Assembly (NCBI GenBank): GCA_040285825.1
Contig: JAUPSS010000008.1
Coordinates: 1,054,001 to 1,118,000 of the forward strand
Origin: Eukaryota sp. TZLM1-RC
Lineage: Eukaryota; Protista; Metamonada: BaSk clade
DNA length: 64,000 bases
Reading direction: 5' to 3'
Part shown: piece by piece, positions 43,555 to 56,000 of the stretch
How positions within the stretch are numbered: position 1 is the first letter of the stretch
Layout of the letters: each line of letters opens with the position of its first letter
Program-made: the position numbers and the translations under genes
Notes under the pieces: generated by a model
Seen by the model: the letters and a program-made list of their open reading frames with translations, nothing else
Databases searched by the model: none
Told to the model about the DNA's origin: nothing

Positions 43555-43628
43555 AGGCTAGCAGCACACAAACGTCAAATAGTAGTAACAAGTTGAGATT
43601 TCTTGTGGATGTAGAAATGAAATAAATC
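43555..43628 (-). promoter_or_regulatory. Shared pre-ATG cassette, copy 4
   Basis: GATTTATTTCATTTCTACATCCACAAGAAATCTCAACTTGTTACTACTATTTGACGTTTGTGTGCTGCTAGCCT|ATG, collinear with copy 1 over ~70 bp. Confidence 0.6.
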
Positions 43629-43629
43629 T

Positions 43630-45100
43630 AGACTTTCATTTCCTTTAATATACTCATCCACAACATGAATCATATTAAGAACAACATTGACATTACGATT
43701 CCATAGACATCCACACTTCTTGCAAGTCAGTGATCCATGTCTAAGGACCGTTGGAGTCTTTGCTCTCCTGTAAGGTCTTGGGTTAGGTACTCGATGTTTC
43801 TTTGTATTTTCACCTTCTTTTCTCTCGAGTACACATGTATGGCATCGACAACTTGTTCTATATTCATCAAGTAGCAATAGACGGCAGTTACGTTTTTTAA
43901 ACGTCTTTCGATAACCAACATTCTTTCTAGGTGCTTGAGGTTTAAAATTGGTTTGCTTCCAATCACCCATCACCACAAAGTTATCTTCTGGACCTCCAAA
44001 TTTATTTTCAAATTCATTCATCCATTTTGCTTCAAACCTCTCTGTGGCCATGAATCTTCGCTATTTTATGACTTTTAATTCTTCATTAAAGTAAACAGCT
44101 CCAACATGGAGAGAAGAGCTGTTTTTGCCTTGAAGTAGTATAGGAATTCTTCATGATCTAGATTTTTTTTGAAAATTGTTTTAATACTTCTTCCCACTCC
44201 TTTCAGTTTTGTTTTTGATAAATCCATGATTCTTCGACATCCTTAGATTTTTTGATGTTCTGTTCAGAGTTTCTCCTCTTCTTTGAGAAGCAGTGAGTCT
44301 CTTGAAAGTATATTCCTTTAGTTTTATTTTTTTTTGTTTTCGGAGGAGGATTTTGTTTCTGCCCGAAGTCTGGAATCTTTTGTTTTGTTTTGTTTTTCAT
44401 TCTGTTAATAAAACCTCTTTTTCTTCCTTTGTTTTTTCCTGACGTTATTCGTCCCATTCTAATCTTGAATCTGTTGGGGTGACTGTGGTTCAGTTAACCT
44501 GTTTGGATTTGGGCAATTTAATTTTCGTTTCCCAGCCATCATTTTTCCCTAATACCAGGGTCGATTACTGTGTGAAGGTAATGTTTATCAGCTGATTTCG
44601 TGAAAGTGCGGTCAAGTACGGATCTTTTTCATCTTGTTCGGGCATTTTAAGGCGACTCTTCCCAACTTTTCTTTCTGTTGAATTTCAACTCACGTACTCA
44701 ATACCTTGTCTGTCCTTTTGTTTTTTCTTTAATTGGAACCTTGATTAAACTGCGTTATCTTTTATAGACGATTTTTCATCTATTGTCAAAAATAGAACTG
44801 GAAGAATATCTGACCGAATATTTTGGCAAAACAGAATTGTATATTCTAAATTTAAAGGAATGCATGGCGTTGTTTCTAGCTCGTTGTTATCACTAGGAAG
44901 ATTTTATGAAGAAATTGCTGTAGGTAAATTTTCAATGGTGGATGTGGAATTTGAGGACTTTTAGTTTTAAACAATTTCGTTTGAATAAAAATCAGTTTTA
45001 GACAAATCTTGCTGTTGGGAAGCGCTTTTACGTGTTCGAAAAATCCATTTCCAATATTGATGTTGGAAGTTTTTAATATCTCCTCCAAGAAGAGCTTCAG
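43630..45100 (-). pseudogene. Degenerate Fanzor (lineage E)
   Basis: RuvC-I 'TVIDPGI' (~44551-44571), 'VVMGDW', 'LLDEYRTSCRCHTC', 'NPRPYR', and 'HGSLTCKKC...WNRNVN..LNM'. Many frameshifts upstream. Confidence 0.8.
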
Positions 45101-46304
45101 AATTTGTCATGTAATTTCATTCATCAGGGATCAAAACTATGTAAATTGCCGGTGTGTTTCAGAAGTCATTCCCAGGTATTTCAGAGGTCCCAAGTGGAAA
45201 TAAATTGTTTTTAATTGGAAGTGACCCTGGCAATTTCAAATAAAAGTTTGCCTTATATAAGCAAAAACCGGAGGCTAAACATTTCAGAGGATCATCAATT
45301 AAGATTCAATTATTAGTTTGAATTAAACGCAAATCTACCTTTACATTGGGTAAAAATGATTGTAGATTACGAAGTAAATATACGGTTCTAGTCAAGAATA
45401 ACTGTTTCAATTCATCAATGATCTCAGATTGATCTGACAAAATTGTCTTCAGTTTATACAAATATCAATTAGGACAAATCTACTATGAACAGAAGTATAA
45501 AGGTTGGGAAATAGTTTCAATAATTCAATTCTATAACTTAATTTTCAGTAATCATTATTTGTAAAAATGCAAAACATGAGCAAAATGCTAATTAAACACT
45601 ATAATACGTGATACTGAAGCTGCCTCAACTATTTTCTTTCTTGAAGAGGTTACAGTTGAAGGAGTTGCTTTAGGTGATAACAGTAACATATTCAACCAAG
45701 GGAACGTGTTGTTTCAATATGTATTTTGTGATAAATTTTCTTAAATGGACTTTTTAAACAAATAGGAATAAATTGTGTCAATAAAAAAACAACCAGTATT
45801 TATTCTATTAACTAGAGAACAAGTGCACGAATAGTCACAACAAATGTGTGTGATTGAATTGTGTACTGTTGTTGTTATGTTTTACATCTCAACAACCCTA
45901 ATTGACGAAATATTGTTTAGAACCACGTTTGTTGTTGAGGAGAACCATGATCCACATAAAATCCTTTAGATAGCCACCATTAGCAGTAGCCACCTGATAG
46001 CTGTCTAGGGGCGAAAAGAGGGTTGGGTATAGAAAAAGATAACCATTTAGAATTTAGAGGTGTCTGTGATGTAATTTCCATGTCTCACTCGCGACTGAAG
46101 TAGTGGGCACTTGGGAGAATATAGAGTTGAGCTGAGACCAGTAGGTTAAGAGATCATTGGTTGAAGTGGAGGAAGCCAGATCAAGCAGGTGTGATGCCAC
46201 TAAAGCACTAAAGAAGGATTGAGTCCAAAAGTAGGGTCATTGGAAGACTCTTCCTCCATGGAAGCCAGTGTGGACTTAAAACCTCTTAGCACTAACCTCT
46301 AAAT

Positions 46305-47683
46305 CCAGCAATTACATTTGCCCAATTTATTTCTAGTAGAGAGGGGAAACCTTATCATATTTCTCCTGTTTCAACCACTGTAGGCCCTGGATATTTTCCT
46401 ATTGATACAAGAACAATATGGACAATTATTAGACAAACATTGATGGACGATTTGTTGCCTGATCAGAGATTAAAAATGGTTAATACACAAGCCCAAGTTC
46501 ATAGATTCAAACCACCTAAGCAATTTGACTTTTGGTCTAATATTCTCGATTTAAATCAACCAATGTTCAAGCAGAAGAGCTATAAATTCAACAACATTAT
46601 TCACACAGATGGATTTAATATTGCAGTAGAATTTGTTCGTCGGGATTTACAAGGTCAGAAATGTAAGCCAGACAACAAGGCCAGTATTTCTGATTTATAT
46701 ATTCATGATGTTGATGTTGATGCTTTTCAACACAAACGAATTGTTGTTTGTGATCCTGGAAAACGTGATTTATTGTATTTTGGGAGTAAAAAGACTGATG
46801 AAGAATTAGCCATGGTTCCTCAGAATGAAACCGAACAGCAAAGAAATAGTCGGGTGATGAATCAAGACAAGAAGTACAAATGGTTGAGAATGACTCAGAT
46901 GTCCTGGTCTTTGAAAAGTAGGATGAATGAAAAGCAAAAACGATGGGCGACAAAGTATACTGAGGTAGATTACGACAGGAACCAAATGATAGAGTCTAAC
47001 GAAATGACAATTGAAGATGCAAACACCGAATTATCAGCATTTGTTGCCAATTCAGCAACTTTTATAGATTTTTCCAACTTTGTGGTTGCCAAACTTCGGC
47101 AAGTTTTTTTGACAATTGACTTTTACAGTCTTGACTTGTGGAGCATTCATAAAATGCAAGCTGATATTCACAAGCAAAAGACTGAAAGTTGGTTGTTAAA
47201 AAGCCTTGTTCAGCATTTTGGCAATCCAAAAGAGACTTTAATTCTAATGGGTGATTATGGTAAAAAAGGTTCCAAGAATTTGAAACATCAGAGACCTACT
47301 CGAGGCATTGGATGGATTCAATTTCTGAAAAGAAATGGATTTGAAGTATTGATGGTTAATGAAGCGTTCACTTCAGCAAAATGTCCTGTTTGTTTTGAAA
47401 AGGTTGCTACGTTCTTGAGAGTAACAAATCCCAGATTCTATAGAAGAGAAAAGACTCCTGTTACTACATGTCATGGTTTATTAGCTTGTAATAGTCAGAG
47501 TTGCAAACTCAGTAACAAAGGCTCAACAAAGCTTTTCAATAGAAATAAGCTGGCTTGTCTGAATATGTTTGCAATTGCCGAAGCCAGAATGAGTGGTAAT
47601 GAAAGGCCTCAATATCTGTGTAGTAGATAGTTTTTGTAATTATTCCACACGAAAATTGATCGTGTATTTATGGGAATTTCCCA
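46305..47683 (+). mobile_element. Fanzor element copy B (5'-truncated, intact RuvC/Zn-finger half)
   Basis: Near-identical to copy A from 46305. Open frame to the stop at 47630 with 'VVCDPGKRDLL', 'ILMGDYG', 'VNEAFTSAKCPVC' and 'NRNKLACLNM'. Confidence 0.9.
47601..47683 (+). ncRNA. Putative Fanzor omegaRNA scaffold, copy B
   Basis: 47631-47683 is identical to 28260-28208 and contains two stem-loops. Confidence 0.55.
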
Positions 47684-50259
47684 TGTCCTCTTCAAACGAG
47701 TCTGAAATTGGCTTCAGTTCCCACTCTGAGGGTGAGGATCTTGATCATCAGTATTTAGAAGATAATGCAGCAATTCCTGAATTGGATACTTATGAGGGTG
47801 CAGGCTTAGATGACACCACTCCTCCTCCCGAATCTATTGCTCAGCGACGTCAGCTTGAAATTGAACTACATGGTCGCCAGCAAGGTCAGGATCCTTATTT
47901 CCCCGACTTTTTTCTTCCCCAAAGGCTACGCCAATCCACAGAGGATGATTTCTCTCTGGATATTGATGAGGTCATGCGCCAAGCGGAAGATGATTCATCT
48001 TCCATTGACCTTACACAACTGCGAGATGCTGTATCCAATCTCATCTACTCAATCCAAGTTCAAGCTGAGATCAAGCGCCAGTTCAAGCTATTTCTCTCCA
48101 ACTTCCAACTGCCTGGAACTCGTCACCCCCACTACCTTTCCCTTATTCATTCAATGGCCGAACGAAACGAGTGTTCTCTCCGTGTCTCCTTTGACCACTT
48201 GGTCCAGTTTTCACCTGCCACTGCTCGAATAGCTGAATGGTTCATTGAAGTCCCCCTTGACATGGCTCCCTTGTTTGATCAAGTGCTCTGTGATTTGACG
48301 TTCCAAGACTATCCCAGGTTCAAAGGAATGTCTCTCTATCCTCTACACGTCAGAATAGGTCCTCTACCAATAAGAGATTTGCTCCGTGACCTCCGCACTA
48401 TTCATCTCAATAAACTAGTTTGTGTTGATGGTGTAGTAACTAGAAGGTCAGCAGTCTTTCCTAAACTAACTTTGGTAGTCTGGGTATGTAATGAGTGTCA
48501 ATTGAAGACAGAACCTATTGATATTCTTAATGAAGGTGATGCTGAAGCACCGGAGTTTTGCCCCGGGTGCGATCGTAAGACGCAGCACAAGATATCAAAG
48601 ACTGAAAGTAAGTACACTTCATACCAAAGGGTTGATCTTCAGGAAAGTCCAAAGTCTGTGGAAGCTGGTAGGGCCCCTAGATCAATGACGTGTGTCTTCT
48701 CTGATGATTTGATTGATTCAGTTCGACCTGGTCAAGAAATTTCAGTTACTGGAACTTTTGTAGCTGAAGTAGAGAAACTAAACAAGAGAGGAGGTTTCCC
48801 TGTATGCCCTACGGTAATCAAAGCATTGGCGGTGGAAGATTTGTCTGGTTCTGTTTTATTAGATGATCTTACACAAGAAGATATAGCTAATATTAAGGCT
48901 TTGAGTAGGGAGCCTGATATTGCTAATAGAATATTTAAATCAATTGCTCCTGATATTTATGGCTTGGACCACATTAAGGAAGTATTAGCTTTGACTTTGT
49001 TTGGAGGTGTTGAAAAGAAAAGCGAAAGACATCGTTCCCGAGGTGATATCAACGTTATTTTACTGGGTGATCCCTCAACTGCCAAATCCCAATTTTTGAA
49101 ATTTTTAGAGAAAACTGCTCCCAGAGCTGTATTTACTACTGGAAAAGGTGCTTCGGCTGTTGGTCTCACTGCTTGTGTCCGTCGAGACCCCCAAACCAAA
49201 CTAATGACACTTGAGGGGGGTGCTTTTGTTATTGCTGATAGGGGAATGTGCTTGATTGACGAGTTTGATAAGATGAGTGAGTTCGATAGGTCAGCAATTC
49301 ATGAAGCAATGGAGCAGCAGACCGTCTCAGTCTCCAAAGCTGGTATCGTGGCATCTTTGAATAGTAGATGCTCAGTGGTTGCTTGTGCTAACCCAATTGG
49401 TGGTAAATATGATGTGGGTAGACCTTTATTATCGAATGTTAATCTTTCTGAACCTATTTTGTCAAGGTTTGATGTCCCAATTGTTTTAAGAGACTTGGTA
49501 GATCCTTTTATAGATACCGAAACTGCTCATTTTGTGGTCGAATCCCATGCCAAGCTTCACCCTGATAACCAGGAGCAAATAGAGGAGGAAGTGCGAGAGG
49601 GTGCGATTCCTCATGAATTGTTGAAGAAGTATGTCCGATTTGCAAAAAAAGAATGTGTCCCTCAGTTGGGCAGTTTAATCAAACCTCAGCAGTTGGAAGA
49701 GCTCTATTCGTTGCTCAGAAGGGAAAGTGCTGCTCATGGGGGTCAGGTGATTACAGTCAGACAGTTAGAATCAATTATTAGATTAGCTGAAGCTTCTGCT
49801 AGGCTACATTTGCGAAGAGAAGTTAATTTAAATGATATCAAAAGAAGTATTCGTATAGTTGTTTCTTCCTTTATTGAAACTCAAAAGATATCAGTACGAA
49901 AACATTTACAAAAAGTTTTCCAAAAGTATTTAACCGAAGCCTCTCAAACCACTCGTAATTCAAATGATGTTTCTGTTCTATACGAGCAATTGGATTCTAT
50001 CCTTGCTAGAACCCTCAGAGATCGATACTCCTACCTTGATGCTTCCCGCCAGCTGCCTCCCGATCTCAGTGGTTCACTTCATATTTCTATTTCTCTTGCT
50101 GATTTTGAAAATGCTTTGAAACAAGAAGGAATGGACGTTTATGTTTCTGATGGTTCTGGGGCTGGAGAAAGTATATTTAGGGGTTATCTCAAGGAAATTC
50201 GAAGACGGCCAAGAAAGAATATTCAGTTTGACGGTAGCGTTTTCACCAGGATGTTTTAA
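47683..50259 (+). CDS. MCM2: DNA replication licensing factor MCM2
   Basis: Histone-binding 'IPELDTYE..GLDD', zinc finger, Walker A 'GDPSTAKSQ', 'IDEFDKM', 'SRFD', and 'TGKGASAVGLTA'. Confidence 0.95.
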   Translation: MSSSNESEIGFSSHSEGEDLDHQYLEDNAAIPELDTYEGAGLDDTTPPPESIAQRRQLEIELHGRQQGQDPYFPDFFLPQRLRQSTEDDFSLDIDEVMRQAEDDSSSIDLTQLRDAVSNLIYSIQVQAEIKRQFKLFLSNFQLPGTRHPHYLSLIHSMAERNECSLRVSFDHLVQFSPATARIAEWFIEVPLDMAPLFDQVLCDLTFQDYPRFKGMSLYPLHVRIGPLPIRDLLRDLRTIHLNKLVCVDGVVTRRSAVFPKLTLVVWVCNECQLKTEPIDILNEGDAEAPEFCPGCDRKTQHKISKTESKYTSYQRVDLQESPKSVEAGRAPRSMTCVFSDDLIDSVRPGQEISVTGTFVAEVEKLNKRGGFPVCPTVIKALAVEDLSGSVLLDDLTQEDIANIKALSREPDIANRIFKSIAPDIYGLDHIKEVLALTLFGGVEKKSERHRSRGDINVILLGDPSTAKSQFLKFLEKTAPRAVFTTGKGASAVGLTACVRRDPQTKLMTLEGGAFVIADRGMCLIDEFDKMSEFDRSAIHEAMEQQTVSVSKAGIVASLNSRCSVVACANPIGGKYDVGRPLLSNVNLSEPILSRFDVPIVLRDLVDPFIDTETAHFVVESHAKLHPDNQEQIEEEVREGAIPHELLKKYVRFAKKECVPQLGSLIKPQQLEELYSLLRRESAAHGGQVITVRQLESIIRLAEASARLHLRREVNLNDIKRSIRIVVSSFIETQKISVRKHLQKVFQKYLTEASQTTRNSNDVSVLYEQLDSILARTLRDRYSYLDASRQLPPDLSGSLHISISLADFENALKQEGMDVYVSDGSGAGESIFRGYLKEIRRRPRKNIQFDGSVFTRMF

Positions 50260-50824
50260 TTCAACTAGGTTTCTTAGGTTTTTGATGTAAAATATATTTA
50301 TTTAAGTGAATTCTTTAAATTGATGCAATATTAGACTCCTTCTTCTAGTTTTTGAATGTATTCAACAATAAATTGAATCTCATGATCTTAAATCTTATAC
50401 ATCTTTTTTGATTTCAATGTTTCAATGTGCAAAGAAACATTGTTTCAAAAATTCAGCATTTGAAGTCGTTTTTCCCAATCTTTGTGTTTGTGTTCGAGAA
50501 GCTGTTCCAACTGTAGATCTTCTCTATTGCAGAGTTAAATTCATGTCTTAATACGTATTTGTTTCAATTTGTTCAGTAGCTTCAAATCAACATTGTTGAC
50601 ATCACTATATTATTAATTGAACAAAAAGTCAACACTTCAATTAGTCAATTGTATCAATAAATTTAGGCTTGGTTCAAAGATTGACAAACAGAGGATCTTC
50701 TTGAGAATGCACTTTGACCTTTTTCCGTCAAGTGTGTGTGGAAGATCTGATTTAGTATTGAGGAAACAGAATTGTTGACTTCTATGACAAATCTTGTTTC
50801 CTCTGTTTTTGATCAACAAACAGG

Positions 50825-52657
50825 ATGCACCCCAATAATGGTTATCACCATCGTAAACGATACTCATCTGACCGCAATAACCATAACCACCACCCCAAGG
50901 TCAACTATCCACCTAGAAAACATCCTAAAAACCATGGACATTCAAACTATCCATCTCCCACTACTCATCATAAGCATTATGACAAGAAACCTCGGCAACC
51001 TTACAATCAATCACAGTACCCCCAACAATACGCTTCTTATCCAATGTTCCAACCCCAATACTCCACTCCAATGTTTTTTCCTCGTTCTACACCTCCTCAG
51101 TTTCAGGATAAGCCTATGTTCCACCCTTCGTATTACACACCCCGTCCCACTTCCAACAGGCCATTTGACACCCCTATGATGCCAATTGAACAATCTTCTC
51201 GACCCGTATACTCTACTCCTCGTTCTCAACCAAACGATGAACCCGCTGTCGTCCAAGACAGTGACGTGAAACCTTTGCAAACAAGAGTTGGGTGGGGAGA
51301 AGGACTATCCAAAGCTTTTGTCAAGCCAAGCGAGGGTAATCAACAACAACAGAAGCAATCAAGTACCCCTATAGTGAAAACGGAAACCAATCAATCAACC
51401 CCAATCCAACCTTTTAATCATGTTCCTTCTTCTGTTCCCTTTGACCAACCAGGAATACCTTCAAGATCTTCCATGTTATCGTTAATTGAGGAGCTTGATA
51501 CTCGAATGCTGGGCCGCCATAACCAAATAGCAAGATATAACGATTTGGAAAAGCTAAACCTAAACCCCAATTTAGAAGACGATTTACCATTTGATATCAA
51601 AGTAATGAACCATCAGCCTTTAATAGAAGCAGTTCAGTCACATGCAAAAGTTAAAGCTTCTATTGCTAGGAGATTCTTTTACTTTCCAATACTAGGAAAC
51701 CAACAAAAATCAGTCTACACTCTTCCACAGCCCCCAGCGCCACGTCATCGCTCGTCAGCAGGGGGTATAGTAGAGGCCGTGGGGGTTGATCCTGCTTTTG
51801 AGGTCATGATTAGGTCTATTTGTAAGGAGATTCGAAATCGTCATGTCAAGATTAGCTGTCATTTAAAAGAAAAGGTCACAATTAGGAAGAATTGCATTGA
51901 CAAGATCAAAAATAAGCGCAGAATGGTCTACCAAGCTCACAGAATGTGTTGGCTTCGTGATGTTTCCAAAATGGAACTGTTATTCACTCCACTACCACAG
52001 GATGCCGAAAAAGATCCCCTCGCTCTCAAAGTAATGGAGGAGTTCTCTCCCTCTAACCCTTCCTCCCAACCCCAGCCCCCCGCTTCAATTGAACAAAGAA
52101 AAAGAGTGACGAGGGGGACCAGACAAGTAGAAAAGGAAAGGGACATGGAATGGTGCTGCCCTCCCAAAGAATCTTCCCATTTCCCACTTCAAAGAATGAC
52201 TTTGTTTAGGGGGATTGCGATCTGTCCAGAAATAAATGTGGAGACAGAGTTAAATAAACTAAGTGTAACAAAGGAAAAGGTTTTGGCGAAACCAGACTAT
52301 ATCAACACCAATGGTTTGATTGTTGACCCAGTTGCCGATTTTGAGGATCACAAAGCAAACAAATGGACAAGTGATGAAATTTTGGTATTTCTGGAGCTTT
52401 TCAAGCAATATCCTAATGATTTTCATCGAATCAAAAGGGCATTACCCAACAAGTCTTCATTTGATGTTGTTGAATGGTATTACTTGAACAAATTGAAGTT
52501 TTTAAAGACCAAAGTCCGAAGGAATACCAGGGATAAGAGGATAACTGAATTTGATGAAGAAAAAACCTTAATTACTTATTCTGGGGATAATGGAGACGGA
52601 TCAGAATGTACTTCTTTTTACACAATAGAAGGTGAAGAACTTGAAGCTCAATCGTGA
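50825..52657 (+). CDS. SANT-domain protein (NCoR/SNT1-like)
   Basis: 'WTSDEILVFLELFKQYPNDFHRI...LPNKS..DVVEWYYLNK' SANT domain and a low-complexity N-terminus. Confidence 0.75.
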   Translation: MHPNNGYHHRKRYSSDRNNHNHHPKVNYPPRKHPKNHGHSNYPSPTTHHKHYDKKPRQPYNQSQYPQQYASYPMFQPQYSTPMFFPRSTPPQFQDKPMFHPSYYTPRPTSNRPFDTPMMPIEQSSRPVYSTPRSQPNDEPAVVQDSDVKPLQTRVGWGEGLSKAFVKPSEGNQQQQKQSSTPIVKTETNQSTPIQPFNHVPSSVPFDQPGIPSRSSMLSLIEELDTRMLGRHNQIARYNDLEKLNLNPNLEDDLPFDIKVMNHQPLIEAVQSHAKVKASIARRFFYFPILGNQQKSVYTLPQPPAPRHRSSAGGIVEAVGVDPAFEVMIRSICKEIRNRHVKISCHLKEKVTIRKNCIDKIKNKRRMVYQAHRMCWLRDVSKMELLFTPLPQDAEKDPLALKVMEEFSPSNPSSQPQPPASIEQRKRVTRGTRQVEKERDMEWCCPPKESSHFPLQRMTLFRGIAICPEINVETELNKLSVTKEKVLAKPDYINTNGLIVDPVADFEDHKANKWTSDEILVFLELFKQYPNDFHRIKRALPNKSSFDVVEWYYLNKLKFLKTKVRRNTRDKRITEFDEEKTLITYSGDNGDGSECTSFYTIEGEELEAQS

Positions 52658-53075
52658 TTTTATTACCCATTTAATTAATTTTTACAATTATAATCATAAA
52701 AAACTTTTTTATTCTTTGTTTTTGCTAAACTATATTGACTACCAGGCGTTACCTCAACTCTGAAGAATACTTTCAATTTCGTCTCAAAGTACATACTACT
52801 TTGACAATAAACCATGTACTGTAGTTGTCGGTCTCAATAGACATTGATGAAACAGGGTAGGAAGGAAAATGTAATCTGTCTGTAAAATTTGTGTGAATTT
52901 AGAATTCGAAAAGAAATAATACCAACGTTCAAAGAGCACCATCACGACGTCACCCGGAAAAAACGTAGAAAATATAAATACTACTTTAATTAGAATGGAA
53001 ATAGTTGAGTACAAGCAACATTGACTTTTGAAACAGATTTGGACTGTCATCAAAACTGATTAACACCTCTTCTAC

Positions 53076-56000
53076 ATGTTCAACATCCTACATGTTCTTC
53101 TTGCTTACTGTGTCATTTCTTTTGCTTCTGAGGTTCATCTTGTCATTCCTGACACTGAAAACCAAGTCTTCTATTGGACCTCAGATTCAACCTGGAATTG
53201 TTCTTACCCTACCGAGTCATCCACAGTCTTCGTAGACGGAAAAGGAATGAACCCCATAATCGTTATTGATGTCCCTCCCAATGTTCATTCCATTCATCTT
53301 TCTGATGTTACTTTACGCTTAGAGTCACATGTTGTTATTACTGGTATTACATTATTAGATGGTGTTATAATTGAGTCTGTTACTGAGCAGCTCATCAACT
53401 TCACTACCACTGACTTGGAGGTGCTCAAGCCTTGTGAGTTCTATCTGATCAACTTTATTCTAAAAGGAAATGGCAAACTTGCTAGTCAATTAGCAACGTC
53501 ACAGTCCATTTTCTTGGTTGATGATGGTGCTGAATTGGTGACTGAAGGTGGTAGGTCAAGCTTATTTGATCTACAAGCATGGGGTAATGGTGGGCATGGC
53601 AGAACTGGTACTGGAAATACTGATAATTCACATTCACTATTACCAGTAATTACTGATGAAGTTTTTACTTTTGTTTCTGGTGGATATCATCATTCATTAG
53701 GCCTCACTAGTGAAGGTACCCTTTTTGCTTGGGGGAGGAATAATAATGGTCAATTAGGACTAGGTTCAGAATCAGAATTTTATGATTTCCCTCAACCTGT
53801 AGATTTAAATAATGTTGTTCAAATTTCTGCCGGCTTTTCCTTTTCTCTTGCCAGAACTGAAGATAACTTTGCTTATTCATGGGGTACTGGTGGGAGACTT
53901 GGTCATGAAGGTACTGAGAATGAACTTGAACCTCGGCGTATTGAATCACTGGAAAATGTTATTGATGTTAGTGCCGGAGATCGCCACGGGTTGGTGGTGC
54001 TATCAGGTGGCACTGTTAAATCATTTGGATCTAATTGGGCTGGTAAACTTGGTATTGGAAGTTCTTTTGGTATAGAGTCTAGACCCACACCTCATGATGT
54101 GGTAATTACGCAAACTGTCAGAAAAGTTATTGGTTGTGAAGAACATTCTTTGTTTATTACTGAGGATGACCAGTTAATGGCTGCCGGACTGAATAATATG
54201 GGACAGCTCTGCATGGGTGACGAGTCCTACTGGGAAAATGATGTTTTTATTGATACAAATAGATACCAACCTGAAAAGATCTCAAAATATGTTGATTATA
54301 CAGTAATTCAAGCCAGTTGTGGTCAATATTATACAATTTTCCTAACAAAAGAAGGTGATGTTTATAGTTGTGGGGATCATTTGGGTAGAACTACAGACTC
54401 TATTCCTCGCCACACACCAGGTAAAGTTCAAGGTTTGGGCAGGGTAAGAAGTATTCATTCTGGTTATCGTATTGCTTTTGCTATTGATTTCAATAATGTT
54501 CTGTTCAGCTGGGAAGGTGATGACGTTGAAGCTTCACTGAATGCTGAAACAAAAGATTATAATGTGGCCAATCTTTACACTGGACAATACCACTTTTTTG
54601 TCAATTCTCTTCTTCCTTCTATTCAAAGTACTGATGAATCACTATTGGTTATTGATGGAACCTTTAATCATGATTTGGCCTTTACTTTCAATTTAAACAT
54701 CTTAGTCGAAGTTCAGTCACACGGGTCATTAATCTGCAGTGGTCAAGGAGTTTTATTTAATCAAACCCTCACAAACTTTGGGTTGATCACTGCACGTGAT
54801 GATGCTGAACTTATTTTTAATCGAAATTTATCACTTTTGAGTGGTAGTTTTGTCTCTGGTCTTCCAATTACTATTCTTGCTGGTATCAACATCTCAGGAT
54901 ATGGTGTGTTTGATTCAACATTGATTAACTATGGAATCGTCATTGCAACAGGTGAATTTATTATTAATTATGACTTTGTGTTACATGATTCATCACAAGT
55001 TTTATTTGGGCAACCCCTTTCAAATTTGAGGGTGCCTTCTCTATCTGTAAATGGAAATATTACATTGTTGAATACTCATCTAGGTTCAGATCTGTATTCT
55101 TTTGGCTTTGTGGAAGTGTTTGACATGTACTTGCTTGGGAAAACTGAGCTCACCAACGTCAATTTTACTGTGCTCAATCTTGGTACAATTTCTGATCAAC
55201 TAACTGTTAAAAAGTCTGTTTTTCTTGTGAATGAAAAGGCTTTCCTAACTATAGATGGCCAAGGTGCAACAACTGATGAATTACAAGCATGGGGTAATGG
55301 TGGGCATGGCAGAACTGCTACTGGAAATACTGATAATTCACATTCACTATTACCAGTAATTACTGATGAAGTTTTTACTTTTGTTTCTGGTGGATATCAT
55401 CATTCATTAGGCCTCACTAGTGAAGGTACCCTTTTTGCTTGGGGGAGGAATAATAATGGTCAATTAGGACTAGGTTCAGAATCAGAATTTTATGATTTCC
55501 CTCAACCTGTAGATTTAAATAATGTTGTTCAAATTTCTGCCGGCTTTTCCTTTTCTCTTGCCAGAACTGAAGATAACTTTGCTTATTCATGGGGTTATGG
55601 TTGGGGTGGGAGACTTGGTCATGATGATAGCGAGAATGAACTTGAACCTCGGCGTATTGAATCACTTGAAAATGTTATTGATGTTAGTGCCGGATATGCC
55701 CATTCACTTGCAGTGATATCAGGTGGTAAAGCAGTGGCATGGGGACCAAATGGTAATGGTGAACTTGGAGATGGAAGTGCAACTCAGAGGGATATTCCTG
55801 TGGAAGTTGCTACCACTGAAAGTATTAAGAAAGCTATTGGTTGTGTTTGGTTTTCATTATTTATTACTGATAATGATGAGCTAATGACTACTGGTCGCAA
55901 TAATAGAGGCCAGCTTTGTTTAGGAAATCAGCATGATGAAACTAGTCCCGTGAAGATATTGAATTATGATCAGTATACAGTAATTCAAGCCAGTTGTGGA

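Noticed and set aside
45850-46300. GC-richer stretch upstream of copy B resembling a decayed gene or captured fragment
   Set aside because: No recognisable motif and stops in the frames examined; needs a BLAST search.
46684-47170. Segment missing from copy A as an intron in copy B
   Set aside because: It encodes RuvC-I in frame, lacks an AG at the junction, and is far longer than local introns.
47593-47682. N-terminal extension of MCM2 in the ORF track
   Set aside because: Starts at GTG and consists of Fanzor 3'-end sequence identical to copy A. MCM2 similarity starts after ATG 47683.
50320-50620. Coiled-coil-like minus-strand peptide remnants between MCM2 and the SANT gene
   Set aside because: Interrupted and unidentifiable by eye.
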